Shown: positions 19,848 through 27,870 of the stretch, in pieces
Numbering within the stretch: position 1 is the first letter of the stretch
How the letters are laid out: each line of letters starts with the position of its first letter
Made by a program: the position numbers and the translations under genes
Assembly (NCBI GenBank): GCA_050732995.1
Contig: JBOHSA010000095.1
Location: forward strand, 1,471 to 65,470
Length of the DNA stretch: 64,000 nt
DNA from: Gemmatimonadales bacterium
GTDB lineage: Bacteria > Gemmatimonadota > Gemmatimonadetes > Gemmatimonadales > GWC2-71-9
Direction: 5' to 3'
Notes under the pieces: model-generated
The model's input: only the letters and a program-made list of their open reading frames with translations
Told to the model about the DNA's origin: nothing
Databases searched by the model: none

Positions 19848-21244
19848 CGCTCGTGCTGGTGGTAGACGACGTCCCGGCGTTGGCCGAGCAATACGCCTAC
19901 GACCTCCGGCGACTGGGGGGCGGGCCGGGGGGACCCGGGTTCGAGACGCTGGTGGCCGGCGGGGGCCGGGAAGCGCTCGAAACGCTCGCGCGCGAGGCCG
20001 TCGACTGCGTGATCCTCGACCTCGAGATGCCGGGGGTGGACGGCTTCGAGGTGCTGCGCACGATCCGGCAGCGCGGGCTCGACGTCCCGGTGATCGTGTA
20101 CACCGGCACGGGCAGTTACGACCGGTGTGTCCAGGCGGTCCGCCAGGGCGCCGACGGGTTCATCGACAAAGCGGAACCGATGGAGCGCGTGCTTCGGGAG
20201 ATCGAGGTCGCGCTCGAGCGGCGCCGGCTCACTTCCGAAGTGCGGGCGCTCCGCTCGCGACTCGGCGTGGACACTTCGCTCGTCGGGGAGAGCGAGCCGA
20301 TGCGGCGGCTGCGGGAAGCGATCGCGCGCGTGGCTTCCGTACCCAGCCCCGTCCTGATTGAAGGGGAGACCGGTACGGGCAAGGAGCTGGTCGCACGCGA
20401 TCTCCACCGGTTGGGGGGAGGGGGGGGGGCGGCACGTGAGCGCGAGCCGTTCATCGCTCTGAACTGCGCAGCGCTGCCGGAGAACCTGGTCGAGAGCGAG
20501 CTGTTCGGGCACGAGCGCGGCGCGTTCACCGGCGCCGCACAGCTGCGCCAGGGCGCCTTCGAAGCCGCGGGTCGGGGCACCCTGTTCCTCGACGAGATCG
20601 GCGAGCTGCCGGGGCCGGCGCAGGCGAAGCTGCTCCGCGTCCTCGAGACCAATGAGGTCACGCGGGTCGGCGGCACGCGGATCGTCGCCGTCCGCGCGCG
20701 CGTCCTTGCGGCGACCAACCGCCGCCTCGAGGCGGAGGTCGCCGCGGGACGGTTTCGCCAGGACCTGTTCTTCCGGCTGAACGTGCACGTCCTGCGGGTC
20801 CCCCCGCTCCGGGAGCGGCTGTCCGACGTTCCCGCGCTCGCCGAGCACTTGCTCGCGGCGCTGTGCCGGCGGCTGGGCGTCCGTCCGCGGCGCCTCGCCC
20901 CCGACGCGATCGAGCTATTGATGGGCTACGATTGGCCCAAGAACAACGTCCGCGAGCTGCGCAACATGCTCGAGCGGATGATCATCGCCTCGGATGTCGA
21001 GACCTTGACCGCGGCGGACGTGCCGCCGGAAGTCCGGGACAGCGGGCCCCCTCCCCCGCCCGGCGGCCCCGGCGTGGGCGCTCGGACCTTTCTCGAGCAA
21101 AAGGCCGAAGCCGAGCGCCGGATCCTCGTCGCCGCGCTCGAGCGCAACGACTGGCACATCAGCCGCACGGCCCGCGAGCTGGGTCTCGCCGACCACTCGA
21201 GCCTGCTCAAGATCATGCGGAGGCACGGCATCGGTCGCGATTGA
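19844..21244 (+). CDS. sigma-54-dependent response regulator (NtrC-family bacterial enhancer-binding protein)
   Basis: ATGA overlap with the kinase stop. REC domain (VLVVDDV...CVILDLEMPGVDG), AAA+ domain (GETGTGKELVA, ESELFGHERGAFTGA = GAFTGA motif), and a C-terminal Fis-type HTH (ISRTARELGLADHSSLLKIMRRHGI). Confidence 0.92.
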   Translation: MTLVLVVDDVPALAEQYAYDLRRLGGGPGGPGFETLVAGGGREALETLAREAVDCVILDLEMPGVDGFEVLRTIRQRGLDVPVIVYTGTGSYDRCVQAVRQGADGFIDKAEPMERVLREIEVALERRRLTSEVRALRSRLGVDTSLVGESEPMRRLREAIARVASVPSPVLIEGETGTGKELVARDLHRLGGGGGAAREREPFIALNCAALPENLVESELFGHERGAFTGAAQLRQGAFEAAGRGTLFLDEIGELPGPAQAKLLRVLETNEVTRVGGTRIVAVRARVLAATNRRLEAEVAAGRFRQDLFFRLNVHVLRVPPLRERLSDVPALAEHLLAALCRRLGVRPRRLAPDAIELLMGYDWPKNNVRELRNMLERMIIASDVETLTAADVPPEVRDSGPPPPPGGPGVGARTFLEQKAEAERRILVAALERNDWHISRTARELGLADHSSLLKIMRRHGIGRD

Positions 21245-21253
21245 AAACCATCC

Positions 21254-21304
21254 GTGTCCCGCCGGACACATTAGGTATCTCCTCTATGTGTCCGGATGAA
21301 CACA
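21254..21304 (+). promoter_or_regulatory. two copies of an inverted repeat GTGTCC-N4-GRACAC (candidate enhancer-binding-protein UAS)
   Basis: GTGTCCCGCCGGACAC at 21254-21269 and TGTGTCCGGATGAACACA at 21287-21304. Their centres are about 34 bp apart and lie about 100-145 bp upstream of the predicted -24/-12 promoter. Confidence 0.45.
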
Positions 21305-21400
21305 ACCAGTGTGGCCGGCAGTCCTCTCAGACCTAGGCATCAGAGGATAACCAATTGAGCCGGAGTGGCTTACGACTAGTGGCCAGCCGGCGCATTCCGC

Positions 21401-21416
21401 TGGTATTCCCCCTGCT
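21401..21416 (+). promoter_or_regulatory. candidate sigma-54 (-24/-12) promoter
   Basis: TGGTATTCCCCCTGCT has GG and GC at the consensus spacing of TGGCAC-N5-TTGCW. It lies 36 nt upstream of the ATG at 21452 and directly downstream of the bEBP gene. Confidence 0.5.
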
Positions 21417-21451
21417 TTCTCTGCGTGTGCCCACACATCAGAGGAGGCAGT

Positions 21452-22468
21452 ATGCGTCGGGAATTCACCTTGGCTCCGGCGGGGGAGCCCAAGCCATGGC
21501 AGCTCGGGGCCGTAGTTGCCGTGCTGACTGCCGTCACGTTCGTCGCCGCCTACGCGACGGGCTGCGGAGATTCGGGGCACGCGGAGCGCGACATCGGGGT
21601 GGACAGCGGGGAGGTGGCGGTGACGTCGTCGCCGACGCCGCCCACAACGTTGGCCGAAGCGGTGACTCGTGCCGCGATCTCCGGCCCGGTCGCGTTTGCA
21701 GACGCCGAAGCCGCGTACCGTGACAAACGCTACGGCGAAGCGACGGCCCTGTTCACGGCCTACAGCGAGCGCCGGCCGGAGAACCCGTGGGGTCATTACA
21801 TGCTCGGCCTCTCCGCGTGGAAGGCCGGACACGCGGATCGCGCCGTGCCCGCGTTCGAGCGGGTGCTCGAGCGCGACTCCACCCACGTGAAAGCCCTGCT
21901 CAATCTGAGCCGGGTGCTGTTGGAGATCGGACGGTCGGAGGATGCGATCCAGCGCATCGAGCGCGTGGTGGGATCCGACTCGACGCTCGGCGAGGCGTGG
22001 CGGGTGCTGGGCCGGGCTCGCGCCGAGCTGGACCAGGTGGACGGCGCCATCGAGGCCTACCAGCGGGCGCTCGCCCTCGACGACGGTGATGCATGGAGTA
22101 TGAACAATCTCGGACTGCTGCACGTCCGGGAGGGTCGATTCGAGGAGGCGTTGCCGCCCCTGGCGCGTGTCGTCGAGCTGCGGCCCGACGTCGCCGCCTT
22201 CCAGAACAACCTCGGCATCGCTCTGGAGCGGGCAGGGCAATACGGCGCGGCCGGGACCGCTTACCGCGCCGCCCTCGCGGCCGATAGCGCGCACGCCAAG
22301 GCGTCCGTCAGCCTAGCGCGGGTGGAAGGGAAGCTGGACTCCGTCGGCGTCGTGCCGGTGGACCTGGCCGCTCTGGCGCGGGGGTTCGTCGCGGAAACCG
22401 CCCGGTGGCGGGAGGAGTTCGGGGTCGGCGCTGCGGAGACGCCGTCCAAGCCTGAGCCGGCGCGCTGA
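21452..22468 (+). CDS. TPR-repeat lipoprotein/secreted protein
   Basis: ORF 21425..22468; ATG 21452 is preceded by AGGAGG. It has an N-terminal hydrophobic segment with Cys (AAYATGCG) and repeated 34-aa TPR-like units (AYRDKRYGEATALFTAY, WRVLGRARAELDQVDGAIEAYQRALALD, NNLGIALERAGQYGAAGTAYRAALAAD). Confidence 0.8.
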   Translation: MRREFTLAPAGEPKPWQLGAVVAVLTAVTFVAAYATGCGDSGHAERDIGVDSGEVAVTSSPTPPTTLAEAVTRAAISGPVAFADAEAAYRDKRYGEATALFTAYSERRPENPWGHYMLGLSAWKAGHADRAVPAFERVLERDSTHVKALLNLSRVLLEIGRSEDAIQRIERVVGSDSTLGEAWRVLGRARAELDQVDGAIEAYQRALALDDGDAWSMNNLGLLHVREGRFEEALPPLARVVELRPDVAAFQNNLGIALERAGQYGAAGTAYRAALAADSAHAKASVSLARVEGKLDSVGVVPVDLAALARGFVAETARWREEFGVGAAETPSKPEPAR

Positions 22469-22494
22469 GGAGCAGAAACCTGGCTGGTGGAGGG

Positions 22495-22524
22495 ACGAGG
22501 CCCGCGGTGCGGGCCTCGTTTTTT
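22495..22524 (+). terminator. rho-independent terminator
   Basis: Perfect 11-bp stem ACGAGGCCCGC / GCGGGCCTCGT with a 3-nt loop, followed by TTTTTT. It lies 27 nt after the TPR gene stop. Confidence 0.85.
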
Positions 22525-22572
22525 CGGTGCGGGTCTTCCTCCCCCGGGCTGCCGCACGCGATCATCATCTCC

Positions 22573-23280
22573 TCAGGACTTCCGGAACACGACGAAGAGG
22601 ATCCGGCCCAACAGTAGCGCCGTCGAGTTGTGCAGGCGATAGGGGAGCCCGGCCAGCCGAGTGTAGGCGTACACCAGCGGGACCAGCCACAACAGCCAGC
22701 GGGACGTCGTCTGGTAGCGGTCCGCCGCCACGGTCTCCACGACGAGGCCGGCGCGGTGGGCCAGATAGCCCAGCTGGTCCAGGGTGAGTGCCGCGACGTG
22801 CTGCAGGCCGTCCGTGTTCTCCGGGTCGAGCGGCTTGAAGCTGTAGAAAAACCCCGACAGCAGGAACCGCACGCGCGACTTGAGCGACAGGACGTTCGGC
22901 GTCGAGATCACGAGCCGGCCGCCGGGCTTCAGGACGCGGTGGCACTCCCGGACGAACGTCAGATGGTCCACCAGATGCTCCATGACCTCGATCGCCACCA
23001 CGACATCGAACGAGGCGTCCGCGTACGGCAGGCGCTGCGTGAGGTCGGCCTGGCGGACCTCCACCGGCGCGTAGCGGAACCGCTCCGGAAACAGGTCGCA
23101 CGCTGCGACCTCGAACCCCTGCTCGTGCAGCCGCTGCGCCAGCGCGCCGTGGCCGGTCCCGGCGTCGAGGATCCGCAGCGTGTCGCGACGCGCGTCCGCC
23201 CCACCGACCAGCTGCGTGAAGAACGCGAGGAACCGCTCGTGCACGCCGGGCATCGTGATCGGTCGAATGTCCGAGCTCAC
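22573..23280 (-). CDS. class I SAM-dependent methyltransferase with hydrophobic C-terminal tail
   Basis: Motif I ILDAGTGHGALAQRL, then DVVVAIEVMEHL and LKPGGRLVIS. The listed 383-aa ORF is over-extended. The start is GTG 23280 (GTGA overlap with the upstream stop) or ATG 23253. Confidence 0.8.
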   Translation of the reverse strand: MSSDIRPITMPGVHERFLAFFTQLVGGADARRDTLRILDAGTGHGALAQRLHEQGFEVAACDLFPERFRYAPVEVRQADLTQRLPYADASFDVVVAIEVMEHLVDHLTFVRECHRVLKPGGRLVISTPNVLSLKSRVRFLLSGFFYSFKPLDPENTDGLQHVAALTLDQLGYLAHRAGLVVETVAADRYQTTSRWLLWLVPLVYAYTRLAGLPYRLHNSTALLLGRILFVVFRKS

Positions 23281-23846
23281 TGCCCACCCTTCCGGGGCCG
23301 GGTGACGAACGTCCCGAGGTAGATGTAGTCGCCGAGCGGGGACGCGTCGTCGTCGGCGGCGTTGGCCGCCACATGAAACACCACGGGCGCCGCGCCGGAG
23401 GGCGCGGTCCACTCCAGCGTCCAGCGCGCCGTATCGGGCGCCGTGAGGTCCGTCCCAGCGAGCGTGTGGTGCACGTAGTCCACGGCGCGGACCGAGTCGC
23501 GTGTCAGCGCGACCCGCGGGTTGCCGGGGGTGAAGCGGCCCGCCTGGCGCCCTATCTCGTCTCCCGCGGCCCACCGGGCCGAGGCTTCGAAGCCGGCGGC
23601 CCGCATCCCCGGCCGGACGAGCGTGATGATCAAGCGGTAACGCTGTCCCGCGACCGACGACTCGGGAACGCCGTCGATCGAGAGGGTGCCGAGGCGCTCG
23701 TTGAGGGGCGCGCCCGAGTGACACTGCGCGCAGCTCGGCTCGCCGAATCCGCCCGTGTGCGCCGGTGGGGGACGCTCCGGAAAACGGGGCGCCGCCGCGA
23801 CCGCGGCGGCGCCGAGCACCGCGAGCCCGAAGCCGAACGGTCTCAG
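23277..23846 (-). CDS. secreted hypothetical protein with a single CXXCH haem-binding motif
   Basis: C-terminal 189 codons of ORF 23277..24839: (L)RPFGFGLAVLGAAAVAAAP...HTGGFGEPSCAQCHSG... followed by a beta-rich region ending VFHVAANAADDDASPLGDYIYLG. There is no ATG or GTG near the signal peptide. The candidate starts are CTG 23846 (CTGA overlap with the upstream stop) and GTG 23819. Confidence 0.5.
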   Translation of the reverse strand: MRPFGFGLAVLGAAAVAAAPRFPERPPPAHTGGFGEPSCAQCHSGAPLNERLGTLSIDGVPESSVAGQRYRLIITLVRPGMRAAGFEASARWAAGDEIGRQAGRFTPGNPRVALTRDSVRAVDYVHHTLAGTDLTAPDTARWTLEWTAPSGAAPVVFHVAANAADDDASPLGDYIYLGTFVTRPRKGGQ

Positions 23847-24832
23847 GGCAACCGCGCCCGACCGATCGTGCCGACGTCGGTGCCGAACCAGATCTCGCGC
23901 GTCGGCCGGTGGTACACCATGTGCCGCACCGTCCCGCCGCCGCTCTTGATGTCGGTGATGCTCCAAAACTCTCCCGTCGTCGGGCCGAAGCCGACGAGCC
24001 GATTGGGTTGCCGGCCGGTCTCGACCAGCCAGATCCGGTCGCGCTCGTCCACCGTCATCGCGTAGGGGCGCGACCCCGCCCCGCCGGGCATCGGCCACTC
24101 CTTGAATGCACCCGTCGCGGGATCGTAGCGGCCCAGCTGGCCGGCGGCGTAGTCCCCATACCAGATCTTGTCGTCCGAGGTGATGCCGATCCGCCGCGGC
24201 CGGGTTGCCTCCCGCGGCAGCGGTATCTCCCGCAGCGCCAGCGAGGCAGGGTCGACCGTGGCCAGCTTGTTCGTGCCGAACAGCACGATCCATGGCCGGT
24301 CTTTCGAGTCGATCCAGATACCATAAGGGCGGGCGTTCGGCGTCGGCACCGGCACGAGGCGCACGACCCCCGACGCGACGGTCAGCTTCCCGATCCGGTT
24401 GGCGCCCTGCAGGGTGAACCAGATGTCGCCGTGACTGTCGAACACCAGCGTATGCGGGTCGCGGGCGGCGGGATCGGGCATCGGGTACTTGGTGATCCCG
24501 CCCGTCTTGGGATCGAGCTTCCCGATGTGCGCGGCCCGGTTCCCCGCGTACCACACGAAGCCGTTCCGGTCCACGATGAGGTTGTGCGGCCCGGCGCCCG
24601 AGTCGAGCGGGAACCGCTTGAACTCCCCGGTCTTGGGCTCGAGGTAGGCGACGTAATCGGCGGTTTGCCCGACGAACCAGACCCGGCCCTGACCGTCCAC
24701 GTACGGGTCGCGGGGGCGCGAGTTCGGCCAGGGGACCGGCCATTCCCGGATGTCGACGGGGTTCGTGTCCGGCCCGGGGGTCACGCTGGCCCCGAGCAGG
24801 GGCAGGAGCAGCAGGGTGAGGCGCGGTTTCAC
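23843..24832 (-). CDS. Vgb (virginiamycin B lyase)-like beta-propeller protein, secreted
   Basis: ORF 23843..25054 trimmed to GTG 24832 (VKPRLTLLLLPLLGASV signal). It has repeated approx 40-aa blades with (P/A)xGI(W/T)xDxxGxIW(F/Y) patterns: PHNLIVDRNGFVWYAG, PHTLVFDSHGDIWFTL, PYGIWIDSKDRPWIVL, PRRIGITSDDKIWYGD, PYAMTVDERDRIWLVE. Confidence 0.75.
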   Translation of the reverse strand: MKPRLTLLLLPLLGASVTPGPDTNPVDIREWPVPWPNSRPRDPYVDGQGRVWFVGQTADYVAYLEPKTGEFKRFPLDSGAGPHNLIVDRNGFVWYAGNRAAHIGKLDPKTGGITKYPMPDPAARDPHTLVFDSHGDIWFTLQGANRIGKLTVASGVVRLVPVPTPNARPYGIWIDSKDRPWIVLFGTNKLATVDPASLALREIPLPREATRPRRIGITSDDKIWYGDYAAGQLGRYDPATGAFKEWPMPGGAGSRPYAMTVDERDRIWLVETGRQPNRLVGFGPTTGEFWSITDIKSGGGTVRHMVYHRPTREIWFGTDVGTIGRARLP

Positions 24833-24959
24833 GGAGCACTCCCGGAAGGTCTCGTGGAAGTGTACGCGCCGCCGCGCGCGTTCGTTAGAGCCCCGGGTGT
24901 CCTTGTGGCGGGCCGGACCCGGCGTTCTCTTTTCCGGAGCCACGTCACAAGGAGATCGC

Positions 24960-27032
24960 GTGCGTTGCGCCGTCCTGCTGTCGCTGGCCGTCCTGGCCGC
25001 CCCCTCGGGCCTTCGCGCCCAGGAAACCCCGTCCGACACGCTGCTCACCGTCAACCATTACCTGGACTGGGAGACCGTCGCCGAGCCTCGGCTCTCCCCC
25101 GACGGATCGCAGGTCATCTACACCCGCCGCTGGGTGAACAAGCTCGAGGATCGCTGGGAATCGGCGTTGTGGATCATGCACGCCGACGGGACCAAGAACC
25201 GCTTCCTGGTCAAGGGCTCGAACGCGCGCTGGTCACCCGACGGGACGCGGATCCTGTACCTGGGCGACGGCGAGCCCAAGGGGTCGCAAGTGTTCGTGCG
25301 CTGGATGGACGCCGAGGGCGCGACCTCCCAGGTGACGCGCGTGCTCGAGGCGCCGGGCAGCCCGGAATGGTCGCCCGACGGCCGGTGGGTCGCGTTCGCG
25401 ATGCTGGTGCGCGATGCCGAGGCCTGGAAGATCAGCATGCCGGCCGCGCCTGAAGGCGCCAAGTGGACCCCCGCGCCGCGCGTCGTGGACCGCCTGCACT
25501 ACCGCCAAGACCGGTCGGGGTTCATGCAGGACGGCTACACGCACCTGTTCGTCGTCGCGGCGGACGGCGGCACCCCGCGGGCGCTCACCAGCGGGCCGTG
25601 GAACGTGGGCGCGCGGTTCGATATGCTCGTCGGCACCGTGGGCTTCGACTGGACGCCGGACGGCCGGACGATCGTGTTCGACGGCTACCGCGACCCGGAC
25701 GCCGACTGGAACCACCGGGATTCCCATTTGTACGTGGTGGACGTCGCGAGCGGCGCGATCCGACAGCTCACCGTCCGCCGCGGCTCATGGACCGACCCGG
25801 TGATCTCGCCCGACGGTCGCTCCGTCGCGTTCACCGGCTTCGACTCCACCGCCAAGTCGTACAAGACCGACGAGGTCTTCGTCATCGGGATCGATGGGTC
25901 GGGCATGCGGCAGATCTCGGGGAACTTCGATCGCGATCCGGCGAACCTGCACTGGGCGCCGGACGGGAGCGGGCTGTACTTCACGGCGGCGGACCGGGGG
26001 ACGAGCAACGTCCTCTTCGCTGGCAGTCGGGGCGGGGGCGGCGTGCGGAAGGTGACCGAGGGCACGCACATGCTCTCGCTGACCGCGATCGACCGCACCC
26101 TGAACGCCGTCGGCATCCGCGCCGATCCCGACGAGCCGGGCGACGTGGTGCGCTACAACCTGCGCCGGCCGCAGCCCATCACCCGCCTCACCGCCGTCAA
26201 CGACGACGTCCTGGCGAACAAGCGGCTGGGCCCGGTAGAGGAGGTCTGGTACACGTCGACGAGTGGCACCCGAGTGCAAGGCTGGATCGTCAAACCGCCG
26301 GGCTTCGACGCCGCCAAGAAGTACCCGCTGATCATGGAGATCCACGGCGGGCCGCACGGGATGTACAACGTCGCCTTCAGCTACATGTATCAGAACTTCG
26401 CCGCCAACGGGTTCGTGGTGCTGTACACCAACCCGCGCGGGTCCACGGGCTATGGGACGACGTTCGGCAACGCGATCGAGCGCGCCTACCCCGGCGTGGA
26501 TTACGACGATCTGATGGCCGGTGTGGACACGGTGCTGGGGCGCGGCTACATCGATCCCAAGCGGCTGTACGTGGGCGGCTGCAGTGGGGGTGGGGTGCTG
26601 TCGAGCTGGGTCATCGGCCACACCACCCGCTTCGCGGGGGCGGCCGTGCGCTGCCCGGTGATCAACTGGATCAGTATGGCGGGCCAGACCGATATCCCGC
26701 TCTTCACCTACTTCTGGTTCGACGCGCCGTTCTGGGAGAAGCCGGAGCAGTGGCTCAAGCAGTCATCCCTGATGTATGTGGGGAATGTGACGACGCCGAC
26801 CCTGGTCATGACCGGCGAGCTCGATCTCCGGACACCCATGCCGCAGAGCGAGGAGTACTTCGCGGCCCTGAAGATGCGGAAGGTCCCGACCGTGCTCCTG
26901 CGGTTCAACGGCGAGTACCACGGCACGGGCTCGCGGCCATCGAACTTTATCCGCACCCAGCTCTACATGATGAGCTGGTACAAGAAGTACGGCGGCGGCG
27001 GAGAGACCGCCGCGAGCGGCGAGCAGAAATAG
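24960..27032 (+). CDS. S9-family serine peptidase (prolyl oligopeptidase/acylaminoacyl peptidase type) with N-terminal PD40 beta-propeller
   Basis: ORF 24750..27032 trimmed to GTG 24960, preceded by AAGGAG (VRCAVLLSLAVLAAPSGLRAQ signal). PD40-like repeats (RLSPDGSQVIY, RWSPDGTRILY, EWSPDGRWVAF, VISPDGRSVAF), nucleophile elbow YVGGCSGGG, and later GELDLRTP and GEYHG. Confidence 0.88.
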   Translation: MRCAVLLSLAVLAAPSGLRAQETPSDTLLTVNHYLDWETVAEPRLSPDGSQVIYTRRWVNKLEDRWESALWIMHADGTKNRFLVKGSNARWSPDGTRILYLGDGEPKGSQVFVRWMDAEGATSQVTRVLEAPGSPEWSPDGRWVAFAMLVRDAEAWKISMPAAPEGAKWTPAPRVVDRLHYRQDRSGFMQDGYTHLFVVAADGGTPRALTSGPWNVGARFDMLVGTVGFDWTPDGRTIVFDGYRDPDADWNHRDSHLYVVDVASGAIRQLTVRRGSWTDPVISPDGRSVAFTGFDSTAKSYKTDEVFVIGIDGSGMRQISGNFDRDPANLHWAPDGSGLYFTAADRGTSNVLFAGSRGGGGVRKVTEGTHMLSLTAIDRTLNAVGIRADPDEPGDVVRYNLRRPQPITRLTAVNDDVLANKRLGPVEEVWYTSTSGTRVQGWIVKPPGFDAAKKYPLIMEIHGGPHGMYNVAFSYMYQNFAANGFVVLYTNPRGSTGYGTTFGNAIERAYPGVDYDDLMAGVDTVLGRGYIDPKRLYVGGCSGGGVLSSWVIGHTTRFAGAAVRCPVINWISMAGQTDIPLFTYFWFDAPFWEKPEQWLKQSSLMYVGNVTTPTLVMTGELDLRTPMPQSEEYFAALKMRKVPTVLLRFNGEYHGTGSRPSNFIRTQLYMMSWYKKYGGGGETAASGEQK

Positions 27033-27045
27033 ACGGCGCGACGCC

Positions 27046-27870
27046 TCAGAACGGGTGCTCGAAGCTGAGGTAGAGGAACAGGGCATCCTCGCCCCGGCTC
27101 TGCCCCACGCCGATCGGGAACGCGATCCCCGGCACGATCTGGAGCCCGCTCGGGAAATTGTGCGCCCAGCGGACGCCGGGGTTCACGAACAAGGCCTCGG
27201 CGCGCGCCGTCGCGCCGGGACCCGTCACCGTTTCGCCCCGGGACCATACGACCTCGACCAGCACGTTGAACGTCGAGCGCGCCAACCAGATGACGCTGGC
27301 GCCGAGATTGTACTCGGTCGTGGTCGCTTCGTCGCCCAGCGGGCTGTTCGCGTCCGGCGTGAGCGTCGCGCCGGCGTTCCAGTGCGTCACGACGCGGGGC
27401 GCCAGCGTGACGCTGACCGGCAGGTTGACCTGGAGCCCCGCGGCGCCCGTGCCCAGCCCCTTCGCCTCGTCTCCCGTCGGCAGGAGGACGGAGAGACGCG
27501 GGGCGACCGAGACGCGCGTCTCGGTGCCGGCGAGCTGATACCGGTAGTTGACCGCTATGTCGCGCAAGCCGGTCCGACCGGCCCGCTCGACCGGCACCGT
27601 GAAGCTCAACTGGCTCGTCTGCCCGAACAGCGGCCACTCCTGCGTGAAGGCGTAGACCCATGTGCCAGCGCCGCGCGGGCGGAGAAACGCGCTGATGTGC
27701 TGCACGACGCCTGGCTCCTGATTGTACGCCTCCTCCAACAGGAAGCTGTTGTCCGCGATTGCCGGCGCGTCTTTGCGCTCCTGGCCGGCGGCCACCCCTA
27801 TGCCCCCGCCTGCGCCGAACGCCAGGGCGGCCACCAAGGCGCCGCACGGCCACCGACCGCGCCGCGTCAC
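27046..27870 (-). CDS. outer-membrane beta-barrel transporter-like protein (MetA-pathway/phenol-degradation-like family)
   Basis: Signal peptide, alternating beta-strand pattern, a conserved-looking N-terminal ADNSFLLEEAYNQEPGVVQHI, and a terminal aromatic residue (...YLSFEHPF). Confidence 0.65.
   Translation of the reverse strand: MTRRGRWPCGALVAALAFGAGGGIGVAAGQERKDAPAIADNSFLLEEAYNQEPGVVQHISAFLRPRGAGTWVYAFTQEWPLFGQTSQLSFTVPVERAGRTGLRDIAVNYRYQLAGTETRVSVAPRLSVLLPTGDEAKGLGTGAAGLQVNLPVSVTLAPRVVTHWNAGATLTPDANSPLGDEATTTEYNLGASVIWLARSTFNVLVEVVWSRGETVTGPGATARAEALFVNPGVRWAHNFPSGLQIVPGIAFPIGVGQSRGEDALFLYLSFEHPF

Noticed and set aside
22573-23724. 383-aa ORF as a full-length methyltransferase
   Set aside because: The first about 150 codons overlap the CXXCH gene out of frame and are Arg-rich. 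The methyltransferase fold begins near 23280/23253.
23277-24839. 520-aa ORF as a single protein
   Set aside because: Its first about 330 codons are out-of-frame overlap with the Vgb-like propeller gene, whose own frame shows clear blade repeats. Only the C-terminal 189 codons (signal-like segment plus CXXCH) look real.
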